Origin: Candidatus Dormiibacterota bacterium
Lineage (GTDB): Bacteria; Patescibacteriota; Saccharimonadia; UBA4664; DATLOE01
Direction of reading: 5' to 3'
Assembly: GCA_035536395.1 (NCBI GenBank)
Contig: DATLOE010000006.1
Coordinates: 6,899 to 70,898 of the forward strand
Length of the DNA: 64,000 bases
The position numbers were made by a program, and so were the translations under genes. Within the stretch, counting starts at the first letter, position 1; each line of letters opens with the position of its first letter. The notes under the pieces were generated by a model. That model saw only the letters and a list, made by a program, of their open reading frames with translations. It made no database searches and was not told the origin of the DNA. This document shows positions 19,221 through 28,225 of this stretch, piece after piece.

Positions 19221-20465
19221 TTAACTTTTTAAGGCCAGCGCGGTATCAGGGGCATTGCCAAAGCCAACTTGATCTATAATCTTTCCGCCTAGCAACTGCC
19301 TAGCCGGTTTAATAGTATTACGACCGAAGCGCAGATCTATTTCGTCTAGTGCCTCACTTAACTTTTCGGCTTTATCTGTTGGATCAAATAACCTTAGGGT
19401 AGTGGCCTGGATAGGAATTAGGTCGGTAGCCGTAACCGAAACCAGCCTGACCGGGCGGGGAGGGGACCAGCCCGCCAGTATTTTTTGGACATGCGCAAAA
19501 AAGGTGCTGGAATCAAAGAAGGGAGATCTGGTCTTTAAAGTTTTGCCCCAATAGGATCTATCCGCAAACCGCACATATACCGTTACAGATTGTGCGGCCA
19601 GCCCGGAGGCTCTCAGTCGTACAGCGGCTTTGTAGGTTAGCCGGCTGGCCACGCTTAAAACCTCTCCCGTGGTACTGGCCGGCCGGGGAATAATGGTGTT
19701 CTGGTGGCCAATCATTCTTCGCTTAGTTACGGCTAAATCGACCTCATAGCCCCGTAGGCGCAGATACCAGCGCTCACCATTAACACCCAGTCGGCTTTTC
19801 AGCAGAGAGTAAGGTGCTTGATAGAAATCGAGCGGTGTCTGAATACCCATAGAGCCTAGGCGCCTGGCCATCCGCCAGCTGATACCATGCAGATCAGTTA
19901 GTTTTAAAATAGAGTAAAAACCCTCAAGATCTTCTAGCTTAATCTCAATTAAACCATTGGGTTTATATATATTGGTAGCCATTTTGGCTAAGAAGCGATT
20001 ACTGGCAATCCCGACCGAGCATTGCAGATGGCTGCCTATGGTTCGAATAATATTCTTTACTTCTTCTGCCAGCTTTAAGCCTTCGCCCAGCAGGTCTCTG
20101 GGTACTAGCAAGAGGGCTTCATCTATACTTTGTACTCTAACCTGGCACCGGGTCTGCTCTAAAGCCGACATAATACGGCGGTGGTAATCCCGGTAGAGCC
20201 TGGCATTATTCTCTACTAGCTGAATATGCGGGCAAAGGCGCCTGGCCTTGGCTATATTAGTACCCGTCTTAACTCCGTACCGCTTAGCTTCGTAAGAGGC
20301 AGCAATGACACAGGTGGCATCACCGACAAAAGGACAAACTCCTACCGGCTTACCGCGCAGTTGAGGGTTTTCTTGCTGTTCGACCGAGGCAAAGAATGAG
20401 TTCATGTCTATAAATAGAGCTCGACCTTGCCTCGGCTGCTGTTTTAGTAAACCCTCTATATCCAC
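19221..20465 (-). CDS. dinB: Y-family DNA polymerase IV (DinB/UmuC-like)
   Basis: IDMNSFFASVE, AASYEAKRYGV, SIDE, NRFLAKMA motifs. Confidence 0.92.
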   Translation of the reverse strand: MDIEGLLKQQPRQGRALFIDMNSFFASVEQQENPQLRGKPVGVCPFVGDATCVIAASYEAKRYGVKTGTNIAKARRLCPHIQLVENNARLYRDYHRRIMSALEQTRCQVRVQSIDEALLLVPRDLLGEGLKLAEEVKNIIRTIGSHLQCSVGIASNRFLAKMATNIYKPNGLIEIKLEDLEGFYSILKLTDLHGISWRMARRLGSMGIQTPLDFYQAPYSLLKSRLGVNGERWYLRLRGYEVDLAVTKRRMIGHQNTIIPRPASTTGEVLSVASRLTYKAAVRLRASGLAAQSVTVYVRFADRSYWGKTLKTRSPFFDSSTFFAHVQKILAGWSPPRPVRLVSVTATDLIPIQATTLRLFDPTDKAEKLSEALDEIDLRFGRNTIKPARQLLGGKIIDQVGFGNAPDTALALKS

Positions 20466-20497
20466 ACAGCCTCCCTAGAAGCATCCCCTTGCTCTGA

Positions 20498-20526
20498 AGT
20501 ATACCGAACAAATACCGAACTGTCAA
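20498..20526 (-). promoter_or_regulatory. sigma70 promoter of dinB with direct-repeat operator in the spacer
   Basis: Minus strand reads TTGACA-GTTCGGTATTTGTTCGG-TATACT (17-nt spacer). Confidence 0.8.
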
Positions 20527-20553
20527 TCTAAAAAAAGAGCTTCTCTTGAAAGC

Positions 20554-20748
20554 TCATGATTCTCTATATAAACTTTGGCTCTGTTGCTCCAGATCTTCCC
20601 GGAGCTGATTCACTTGCGCTTCGCTGAGACTGGGGGTGTTTTCGTAGCCGTTTTCTTGGTGCTCTGCTTGGACACCGCCGGTGGCTGTCTGCCCGCTGAT
20701 TTCTTCATAAAAAAGCTGAAAATCTTCTAGCTTGTAATTTGGCTCCAT
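20554..20748 (-). CDS. Small acidic hypothetical protein
   Basis: AAGGGAG RBS; 64-aa ORF. Confidence 0.55.
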   Translation of the reverse strand: MEPNYKLEDFQLFYEEISGQTATGGVQAEHQENGYENTPSLSEAQVNQLREDLEQQSQSLYRES

Positions 20749-20865
20749 GTATTCTCCCTTATCTGCCTAAGTAGCCTCAATAAACATTAAGGTTACTACT
20801 TTGGAGGTGGAAGTCAAACATAAGAGCCTCCAAAAAACTCGCCTTAACCTATGATATTTTTGTCA

Positions 20866-22074
20866 TTATGCCTTATGAAGTACAGGTGATTCCGGCTCAG
20901 TGTCTTGGTAAAACATCAGCCCTAGCTTTATCTGCAATGCATCATCAAATACACGGGGATCGAGGCCTATAACCTTCTTAGTTTTATCAAGCCGGTATAT
21001 TAATGTATTGCGGTGGACATGCAGAAGCCCGGCAGCTTCGGTTAGGTTCAGCCCCGAGGTCAGGAAGGTTCTAACGGTTTTATAGAGCTGCTCATCTTTT
21101 AAGAGGGGGTATAAAATCTGGTGCGCTAACTCGGCCTTGCGCTCCTGGGTTACATTAGCCAGGGTAACGAACATCCCTACGCTCTTAATATGGTAAACCG
21201 TATCATTACCCCAAACCTTAGTGCCGACGTGAAGAGAGAGCTTGGCCTCTTGGTAGCTCTTACGTAAGCCCCCCAGATCGGGGTAGTACTGTCCCACTCC
21301 TAGCGATACGGTTTTGTCAGGATACTGTTTTTTCAGAATCCCATATACATACTCAGCCTTTTCGATTAAGAAACGCATAGTATTGCGAATGGTTAATCCT
21401 TCCCCTCCAATACCCTTTGAGAGCACAAAGGTATCACCACCCAAGTAGCAGCAGATATTTCCGGGATGGTTATTGAATGCTCCTAAAACAGTTTGGGTGA
21501 TATCATCGGCAGCCTGGGCGATTTTAAGCTCCTGTTCATCTGCCGAAATGCTTCCAAGCTGGCTGCGAATACCCTCCTGAAAGCCGTTAATTTCAATCAA
21601 AATAATGGCTTGCGGCATACGCAGGTTAAGCTGTAAAACGTCAGCTTGGCGGTAGGTTTCTGTATGACTGCCGCGTGCTGTGGTTAGTACTTGCTTAAAG
21701 AATTTGGCCCGCACGGTGGCCGATGGCTGGATATGCCTCATAAGGAAGTATTGGTGAGTAATGACTTCGGCCAGCCCCTGCAGCAGACTGATAGCTTCGG
21801 GCGTAATCGGCCCTTCATTTCCTTCTATAATTCCAAAAGCACCGACTGTCTGCCCATCATACACAAAAGGACACCAGGCAATTTGGCTTTCACCTAAAAA
21901 GGAGCGGACGATCTTGCCTTCCTGGCATGACCTAAGCGCGTCAACCATAATCTGGCCGGTGTAATCTTGGCTGGCCTGTACCAAGCCTTGAGCATCGGCT
22001 ACCAGTACCGTTCGATCCAAGATGCCTTTGGCTCTTTCTAATATCTGATCTGCTAGAGGTTGCCCGATTCTCAT
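20866..22074 (-). CDS. CdaR/PucR-family transcriptional regulator
   Basis: GVGQY...RKSYQEA, C-terminal AAGLLHVHRNTLIYRL HTH. Confidence 0.88.
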   Translation of the reverse strand: MRIGQPLADQILERAKGILDRTVLVADAQGLVQASQDYTGQIMVDALRSCQEGKIVRSFLGESQIAWCPFVYDGQTVGAFGIIEGNEGPITPEAISLLQGLAEVITHQYFLMRHIQPSATVRAKFFKQVLTTARGSHTETYRQADVLQLNLRMPQAIILIEINGFQEGIRSQLGSISADEQELKIAQAADDITQTVLGAFNNHPGNICCYLGGDTFVLSKGIGGEGLTIRNTMRFLIEKAEYVYGILKKQYPDKTVSLGVGQYYPDLGGLRKSYQEAKLSLHVGTKVWGNDTVYHIKSVGMFVTLANVTQERKAELAHQILYPLLKDEQLYKTVRTFLTSGLNLTEAAGLLHVHRNTLIYRLDKTKKVIGLDPRVFDDALQIKLGLMFYQDTEPESPVLHKA

Positions 22075-23207
22075 TTCTGGCCTACGAATTTATTAAACAG
22101 AATCGCTAGCTTAATTTGTACAGCGTCCTCAAAGCTGCGAGGATCCAGGCCAAGCGTTTCAGCAATGCGATCTAGCCGGTACACCAAAGTGTTGCGGTGA
22201 ATGTTTAGCTCGCCAGCGGTCTGGGTGAGACCCATATTGTTTTTAAAGAAAGTCTCAAGTGTTTCTATTACACCGCCGTTCTGGCCTAATTTTTCTAGCA
22301 GTTCACGGCTGAAGTAAATATTACTTTCGTCTATACCTGACAGCAGAGGGGCGACTACCCCAAAGTCGTCAATGTGGTAAACCCGATCTTTATCCCAATT
22401 CTGCGCCCCTAGCTCAATGGCTGAGACTGCTTCCTGGTAGCTGGTGCGTAGGCCGGAAACGCCTGGGTGATAATTGCCAACCCCGACAGTAGCTGTGACT
22501 TTGAGCTCCGATTTCAGAATGCCATAGATGGTATTAATCGATTTTTTAAACTTCTCTAGGTTTTCGCCCAGATCACTATCAGTGCTGTCTATATCTTTTA
22601 AAATACAGAATACATTCTGCCCCAAGTAGGCAATGACATTCCTTCGAGTAGAAGTATAGTAGGAGTTTAGGGCTCGGTTGATGTTGAATTTATAACGCGA
22701 AATTCTTAGCTCACGGTCACCTTCGTCCCTGGTCTCGCCGGTTAGTATGGGGTCGTCTATATAAATGGTAATGGCAATCCGCGGGCCGGTAAGCTCTATG
22801 TCGAATAGCCTAGCTTCGGCTATTAGCATACGGTCGCCATCGCTTTCGGAATTGAGTAAGTCGTATACGAATTTATCGAGCCGTTCTTCTTGCTGGGGGA
22901 GCTGCTCAATTAAGGCTGATTGGTGCACTATCAGTTCAGCGATCGAGCGAATGAGAGGGGCGATTTCTTCTTGGTTAGGCATCTGAGAGGCTAGTACTAC
23001 GTAGCCAGCTACATCACTGTTGTAGAGAATGTCGATTGCATGAGGGTGCTTTTCTACTTCTACGCTTTCCTCTACCAGGGGATCATTACTAGCCAGCACA
23101 GCACCCTCTGGGCTTACAACCGATATCGGCTGGTTGACTAAGCCCGCAACCTTGCCCTGAATCTTTTCTGCTATATGGTGATTAAGCACCATTGGCGTTC
23201 CCCTCAT
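22071..23207 (-). CDS. CdaR/PucR-family transcriptional regulator
   Basis: GVGNY...RTSYQEA, TAGELNIHRNTLVYRL HTH. Confidence 0.88.
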   Translation of the reverse strand: MRGTPMVLNHHIAEKIQGKVAGLVNQPISVVSPEGAVLASNDPLVEESVEVEKHPHAIDILYNSDVAGYVVLASQMPNQEEIAPLIRSIAELIVHQSALIEQLPQQEERLDKFVYDLLNSESDGDRMLIAEARLFDIELTGPRIAITIYIDDPILTGETRDEGDRELRISRYKFNINRALNSYYTSTRRNVIAYLGQNVFCILKDIDSTDSDLGENLEKFKKSINTIYGILKSELKVTATVGVGNYHPGVSGLRTSYQEAVSAIELGAQNWDKDRVYHIDDFGVVAPLLSGIDESNIYFSRELLEKLGQNGGVIETLETFFKNNMGLTQTAGELNIHRNTLVYRLDRIAETLGLDPRSFEDAVQIKLAILFNKFVGQK

Positions 23208-23300
23208 TTTTTAGAAGACTGTACAAATAGATTACTTTGGCGCGGGGCAGAGAGGCAAGCGTAAGGGGATTGGTTTTTGGAGGATTGAATAAAAATTAAA

Positions 23301-23328
23301 AGCCGGGCGTCCGTTAAGACACCCGGCT
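23301..23328 (-). terminator. Intrinsic terminator of the gam-like gene
   Basis: AGCCGGG(C)GTC/GAC(A)CCCGGCT stem followed by a T run on the minus strand. Confidence 0.65.
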
Positions 23329-23332
23329 ATTG

Positions 23333-23866
23333 CTAACCGCTTTTACCGGTGGCTGGAGTGTCGGCCTTGACCTCCACTGGATCTATATAAAAGCGTTCCT
23401 TGGGCGGGTTAAACACCACGCCATCGACTTTCTTGGCAAAGTCAGGCTCTTTAAGGAGTTCCGCTTTTTTAAGGCTGAAACTGGTCTTAATGAAGTCCTT
23501 AGCTCTTTTGAGCTTGCGGATGCTGGCTATGGCTTTTTTATCATCAGTGCCTTCCAGGCTGGCCTTACCATGCTTCCAACTCAGTTTACCCGTTGGCAGG
23601 CTGATGGTTTTACCTTCTGCTAGCATCGATCGGTTGGCTACCGCGAATGTTTCCAGGCTGGCCTCTAACTGCTCACGCTCTTCTTGCAAAGCGCTGATCT
23701 GGCTCAATGCCTTGAACTGCAGCGTCTCAATTTCATCATTCAGCTTAATTCCGATCGATGAAATTTCCCGGCTGACTTCACCGTAGCGGGCGAGTTCTTC
23801 GCAAGCCTTGTCTATCTGCTCCTTGCTGGCTGTTTTACTTTCAATACCCTTGGTTGCCCTGGGCAT
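23333..23866 (-). CDS. Mu Gam-like host-nuclease inhibitor / DNA end-binding protein
   Basis: Long N-terminal coiled coil, then GKTISLPTGKLSWK, matching the Mu Gam family pattern; 177 aa. Confidence 0.8.
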   Translation of the reverse strand: MPRATKGIESKTASKEQIDKACEELARYGEVSREISSIGIKLNDEIETLQFKALSQISALQEEREQLEASLETFAVANRSMLAEGKTISLPTGKLSWKHGKASLEGTDDKKAIASIRKLKRAKDFIKTSFSLKKAELLKEPDFAKKVDGVVFNPPKERFYIDPVEVKADTPATGKSG

Positions 23867-23932
23867 CGCTCTCCAATCTGTCGATGTACAAGTATCCTAA
23901 TATCCTGCAATTAATATGTGCAATTGGCAAGC

Positions 23933-24382
23933 TTAAGTCTCTAGAGTGTCGATATCACCCAAAAAGTTAAGATAGGTTTTAAGCTGGGAGTGAAGCGGTG
24001 AGGGCGGGTCTTTTGGGCTAAACCAACCGATCTCATCCATTTTATGTGGTTCACCGATCTTAACTTCTGCTGGATCGACTTGAGCGCTGAACACGACAGC
24101 GACCCAGTGGGTTAGGCCTTCTTCCTCATTGCGAATAACATTGTGAACGCCTAACTGCCGAATGTTTTCGGCCTGGCATCCATATTCCTCTAATATCTCT
24201 CTCTCAACTGCCAGTTCAAAATCCTCACCGTACTCTAGTTCGCCGGCACCGCTATCCCAGCGCCCACGCTCATCACGGCAGTTCTGGCTGCGTTTGTGCA
24301 GCAGTATCTTACCCTTGCCGTCATGACAGATAAACACGCAGGTGACGCCGATATACTCGATGCCTGACCTAGGATTACTCAT
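23933..24382 (-). CDS. NUDIX hydrolase
   Basis: GELEYGE...AVEREILEEYG Nudix box. Confidence 0.9.
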   Translation of the reverse strand: MSNPRSGIEYIGVTCVFICHDGKGKILLHKRSQNCRDERGRWDSGAGELEYGEDFELAVEREILEEYGCQAENIRQLGVHNVIRNEEEGLTHWVAVVFSAQVDPAEVKIGEPHKMDEIGWFSPKDPPSPLHSQLKTYLNFLGDIDTLET

Positions 24383-24454
24383 AGCACAAGCATACCAGAT
24401 TCGTTGATTTTCAGGTGTATTTCGGCTATATTTCTTAGGTTGATTGACCCACTA

Positions 24455-24531
24455 GGGTCCTTAGCTCAGCTGGCTAGAGCGCTTCCTTGACGTGGAAGAG
24501 GTCACAGGTTCGAGTCCTGTAGGACCCACCA
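24455..24531 (+). tRNA. tRNA-Val(GAC)
   Basis: Cloverleaf, CTTCC-TTGACGT-GGAAG, ends ACCA. Confidence 0.95.
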
Positions 24532-25366
24532 TTTTTATAAATTCCCAAAACCTTGGCCAGCTTTTAGTTATAGCTTTCGGGTGCTTGAACTTAACATTGC
24601 TACCTTTAATGACTGCTCTTATTGCCACCGCCTGCACCACGCGGTGGTCTTTTGATGTAACGACCCTTCCGCTATCGGCTTGGCTGGTTGCAGTCTCCAT
24701 TTCATGCAGCCGGTTGGTTTCATGGCCGGCCAGGCTAGGCCATCTCTTACTGCCTTCGCCTGCCGAAATCATATTAAGTGCCCGCGCCAAGCAGTAATCT
24801 TCTGAGTGCCCCGGCCGAAAGCCGGCCGGCTGGCCTTTTACTTGCCTTATAAATGCCTCGGCCTGACGTTCTATCGTTTCATCCCATCTCGGCTCCCACT
24901 CCTGACGTGGCGACCATTCATAAGCTGCTTCATATGTTAAGCCCAGCTTAAGTGGGGGACCGGGTAGCCTCTTCTCGTCACCTAAAAGTACTGCAGCGCT
25001 AGCCCACTGTGAGGTGCCATTATCTAGCCCCAGCAGCTCCCTTTGGCTAAGCGTAATAATGCCAGGGTCGTTTGTAATACTGCGATGCCTAAGGGTACCG
25101 CGGCGAACGAAGGTCTTACCTAGCCCCATCTTCCACGAGGCAAAATGCAGAAAGCGGTATAGGGTGCCTGATTCACCAACACCAATAGATTGCTTAACCG
25201 GCCAGTCTTTGGCTGCCTGCAATAGTGCCTGAAGATCATCGCTCAATCCTGTTTGGCCGCTCAAAAATTCAACAATCTGCGGCTTACCATTAATAATATC
25301 CAGTAGGCCCATGCGAATAATCCACGATTTATCTAAGGGGATGTACTGCCGAAGCGCCTCATTCAT
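24461..25366 (-). CDS. Shortened EPSP synthase (AroA)-like protein; last ~23 codons antisense to tRNA-Val
   Basis: Ordered AroA-like motifs PLDKSWIIR, GESGTLYRFL, SQWASA, HETNRL, DHRVVQA, KSWPRFW. Confidence 0.7.
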   Translation of the reverse strand: MNEALRQYIPLDKSWIIRMGLLDIINGKPQIVEFLSGQTGLSDDLQALLQAAKDWPVKQSIGVGESGTLYRFLHFASWKMGLGKTFVRRGTLRHRSITNDPGIITLSQRELLGLDNGTSQWASAAVLLGDEKRLPGPPLKLGLTYEAAYEWSPRQEWEPRWDETIERQAEAFIRQVKGQPAGFRPGHSEDYCLARALNMISAGEGSKRWPSLAGHETNRLHEMETATSQADSGRVVTSKDHRVVQAVAIRAVIKGSNVKFKHPKAITKSWPRFWEFIKMVGPTGLEPVTSSTSRKRSSQLS

Positions 25367-25404
25367 TATTTGATGATATAATTATTAGGCTAGAGAGGTA
25401 AATA

Positions 25405-25546
25405 GAGCGAAGCGGGAGTTAACCGCCCCGTAGCTCCGTTCATCGGTCGCGTCAGACTGATAAAGAGTGTCCGGCAGCTGCCGGGAAGTTTGGTGGAACC
25501 GTCCGATTACATCGGGCCCAAACGCGCAAAAGTTTGCGTGTTTTTG
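25405..25546 (+). promoter_or_regulatory. T-box riboswitch (Thr) upstream of thrS
   Basis: Antiterminator TTTGG-TGGAACC-GTCCG...CGGGC-CCAAA overlaps a terminator hairpin with T run; ACC codon at 25422-25424 in a short stem I loop. Confidence 0.8.
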
Positions 25547-25564
25547 TTATTTTTAAGGAGAGAG

Positions 25565-27406
25565 ATGAGCAAAAAAGCCGAAAAAATCGATTTGCACCCC
25601 ATGCGCCACTCGCTGGCCCATATCATGGCTGCGGCCGTGCGGCGCCTCTACCCTAAGGCCAAATTTGGCATCGGCCCGGTGATAGAAAACGGCTTTTATT
25701 ACGATATTGATTTGCCTGACGCATTGAACCCGGAAGATCTGCCGAAAATAGAAAAGGCGATGCACGAGATTATTGCCGAAGATCAGAAGTTTGAGCGTAG
25801 TGTGATAAAGATAGATGAAGCAATCAAACTGTTTAAGCAGAAACACCAGCCATATAAGGTCGAGCTGATGAATGACCTGAAGAAGTATGGCACCACCAAG
25901 GCAAAGGACCTAGATAGAGAACAGCTCGGTGTAAAAAATGTGGAAAAAGTTACAACAGTAAGTCTGTATTCGAACGGTGATTTTGAGGATTTGTGCACCG
26001 GCCCGCACTTAAAAAGTACAGGCCAGGCCGGTAGCTTTAAGCTCACTAAGGTTTCGGGTGCTTATTGGCGTGGTGATGAGAAAAACCCTCAGTTGCAGCG
26101 TATTTATGGGGTGGCTTTTGCCGGTAAAGAGGAGCTTGCGGCGCACCTTCATCAGTTGGAGGAGGCCGAGCGTCGTGATCACCGCAAGCTTGGTGCCCAG
26201 CTAGACATTTTCTTACAGAATGAAATGGTTGGCGCTGGCTTACCGCTGTTTACCCCTAAAGGCACGGCGATGATTAACGCTATGATGCAACAGGTACGAG
26301 AGCTAAATGGGCCGGATGGTTACGAAGAGGTCCGCACCGGTCACATGACAAGAACCGGCTTGTATGCCAAATCCGGCCACCTGGATAAATTCGCGGGTAG
26401 TTTGTTTGTAATAGATGCCGAGGACGATAAACTGGCACTTAAGCCGATGAACTGCCCCCACCATGCCCAGCTTTATGCTGCTAAATTGCGCAGCTACCGC
26501 GACTTGCCTGTAAAATACGCGGAGTTTTCGACCCTGCACCGGAATGAAGTTAAGGGTGCCTTGGGTGGCTTAACTAGGGTGAGGGCACTGACCCAAGACG
26601 ATGCCCATGCCTTTGTACGCCCCGATCAGGTAGAAGCAGAAATAGGCAAAATCGTAAGAGAAATCGATTCATTAATGTCGGTTTACGGCCTAACTTACCG
26701 AGTAAGACTATCTTTGCGCGATCCAGGTAGGATGAAGGAGTATTTGGGCGATAAAGCTGTTTGGGATAAAGCTGAGCAGCAGCTTACGGTCTTGGCTAAG
26801 AAGTTTAAGATGGATTACGAGGCGGTTGAGGGGGAGGCAGCTTTTTACGGGCCGAAGATGGACTTTCTGGCCACTGACGCGATTGGCCGGGAGCACCAGC
26901 TTTCAACAATTCAGCTCGATTTTAACCAGCCCGAGAGGTTCGACCTTAGCTATGTGGCCGAAGACGGCTCCAGGCAGCGGCCGGTCTTAATCCACCGTGC
27001 CCTGAACGGCACCTTTGAGCGAATGCTGGGAATTCTTATAGAACATTACGCCGGTAATTTCCCGGTGTGGCTGGCGCCAGAGCAGGTTAGGATAATGACT
27101 GTAAATGAAACAAAAAAGATCTCGGCTGCTGCAGAGAAAATGCAGAGTGAATTAAAAGCCGCCGGTATTCGTACAGAGCTAGATGTCTCGAACGAATCTG
27201 TGAGTAAAAAGATTCGCGGCGCGTCACTCGCCAAGGTGCCTTATACGATTGTTGTGGGGGATAAAGAGGTAGCAAGTGGTAAGGTAGCACCCCGTGTGCG
27301 AGCCGATTTGCTGCGGAAGCAGGAGCCGGCACCATTACCGTTTGGCGGTTTTGTAAGCAGGGTAATCAGTGAGGTTGCAGAACGGGCCGCAAAAAGTAGC
27401 TTTTAA
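25565..27406 (+). CDS. thrS: Threonyl-tRNA synthetase
   Basis: RHSLAH, DLCTGPH, KPMNCP, AFYGPK motifs; start placed at ATG after AAGGAG. Confidence 0.97.
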   Translation: MSKKAEKIDLHPMRHSLAHIMAAAVRRLYPKAKFGIGPVIENGFYYDIDLPDALNPEDLPKIEKAMHEIIAEDQKFERSVIKIDEAIKLFKQKHQPYKVELMNDLKKYGTTKAKDLDREQLGVKNVEKVTTVSLYSNGDFEDLCTGPHLKSTGQAGSFKLTKVSGAYWRGDEKNPQLQRIYGVAFAGKEELAAHLHQLEEAERRDHRKLGAQLDIFLQNEMVGAGLPLFTPKGTAMINAMMQQVRELNGPDGYEEVRTGHMTRTGLYAKSGHLDKFAGSLFVIDAEDDKLALKPMNCPHHAQLYAAKLRSYRDLPVKYAEFSTLHRNEVKGALGGLTRVRALTQDDAHAFVRPDQVEAEIGKIVREIDSLMSVYGLTYRVRLSLRDPGRMKEYLGDKAVWDKAEQQLTVLAKKFKMDYEAVEGEAAFYGPKMDFLATDAIGREHQLSTIQLDFNQPERFDLSYVAEDGSRQRPVLIHRALNGTFERMLGILIEHYAGNFPVWLAPEQVRIMTVNETKKISAAAEKMQSELKAAGIRTELDVSNESVSKKIRGASLAKVPYTIVVGDKEVASGKVAPRVRADLLRKQEPAPLPFGGFVSRVISEVAERAAKSSF

Positions 27407-27418
27407 AGGACCCTATAT

Positions 27419-28225
27419 ATGAACATGCGTAAATTTATTGATGAATATGAGCTGAAGGTGGATGGGGTTAGCTTCTGGACACCCTATTATATGGCGCCTG
27501 TGCATACTAAAGAGAATCCAAACCCCAAGCCGGGTCCACTGAAAGGCAAGGGTTCGCCGGCCGAAATTACACAAGTCCTACTAGAAGAACTAGCCGACAA
27601 GCGCCTGAAAGACGGTGAGGAGTATCGCAAGTTTATGCACGGAATCGGTTTAGGTGTAGAATGCTCAGGCTTTATGTATTTTGTGCTCGACCAAGCTTTA
27701 AAAAGCCGTGGCATTCGGTTGGCAGACTGCCTGTATAAATCACGGGAGCAGATGCTTGAGATATATGACAATCCGGTATTGACTCCCCCGGCTGGTTTGA
27801 ACAGGGGGGCAGTAGAGGCTTATCCGGATGCTGTGCCCCTGAGCCAAATTCAAAAAGACTGGGGCAACCAGCCGCGCAACATTGCCGATATGGCTACTAT
27901 TGCCAGTCCTCTGGCTAATGATTGCTTTGATGACGTATCAGGTATAAAACCGGGGGACATGATTTATATGACCGGGCACGACGGAATACCCCATGCTGTA
28001 CTAGTGGTAAAGGTAAAAAAAGATGTAATCGAGTTTGTGCATTCGGGGGGTCCGCATGGAAAGAAAGATTATTATGGCGGTGTGGAGTATGGCAGTATTG
28101 ATATTACCGACCCAGCCCAGCCGATCGAAAAGCAGGAGTGGCATAGCCGGTTCGATTTTGTACAAACTACGCACTACTTTGAGCCAAAGGCACTACGCAG
28201 ACTAAAGGTGCTGGCTGGTGGCTGA
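27419..28225 (+). CDS. Hypothetical protein with NlpC/P60-like papain-fold motifs
   Basis: GVECSGF, KPGDMI, H(A)VLV, FVHS motifs. Confidence 0.55.
   Translation: MNMRKFIDEYELKVDGVSFWTPYYMAPVHTKENPNPKPGPLKGKGSPAEITQVLLEELADKRLKDGEEYRKFMHGIGLGVECSGFMYFVLDQALKSRGIRLADCLYKSREQMLEIYDNPVLTPPAGLNRGAVEAYPDAVPLSQIQKDWGNQPRNIADMATIASPLANDCFDDVSGIKPGDMIYMTGHDGIPHAVLVVKVKKDVIEFVHSGGPHGKKDYYGGVEYGSIDITDPAQPIEKQEWHSRFDFVQTTHYFEPKALRRLKVLAGG

Noticed and set aside
25490-25564. N-terminal extension of thrS in the ORF track
   Set aside because: It overlaps the T-box antiterminator and terminator; the RBS supports ATG 25565.
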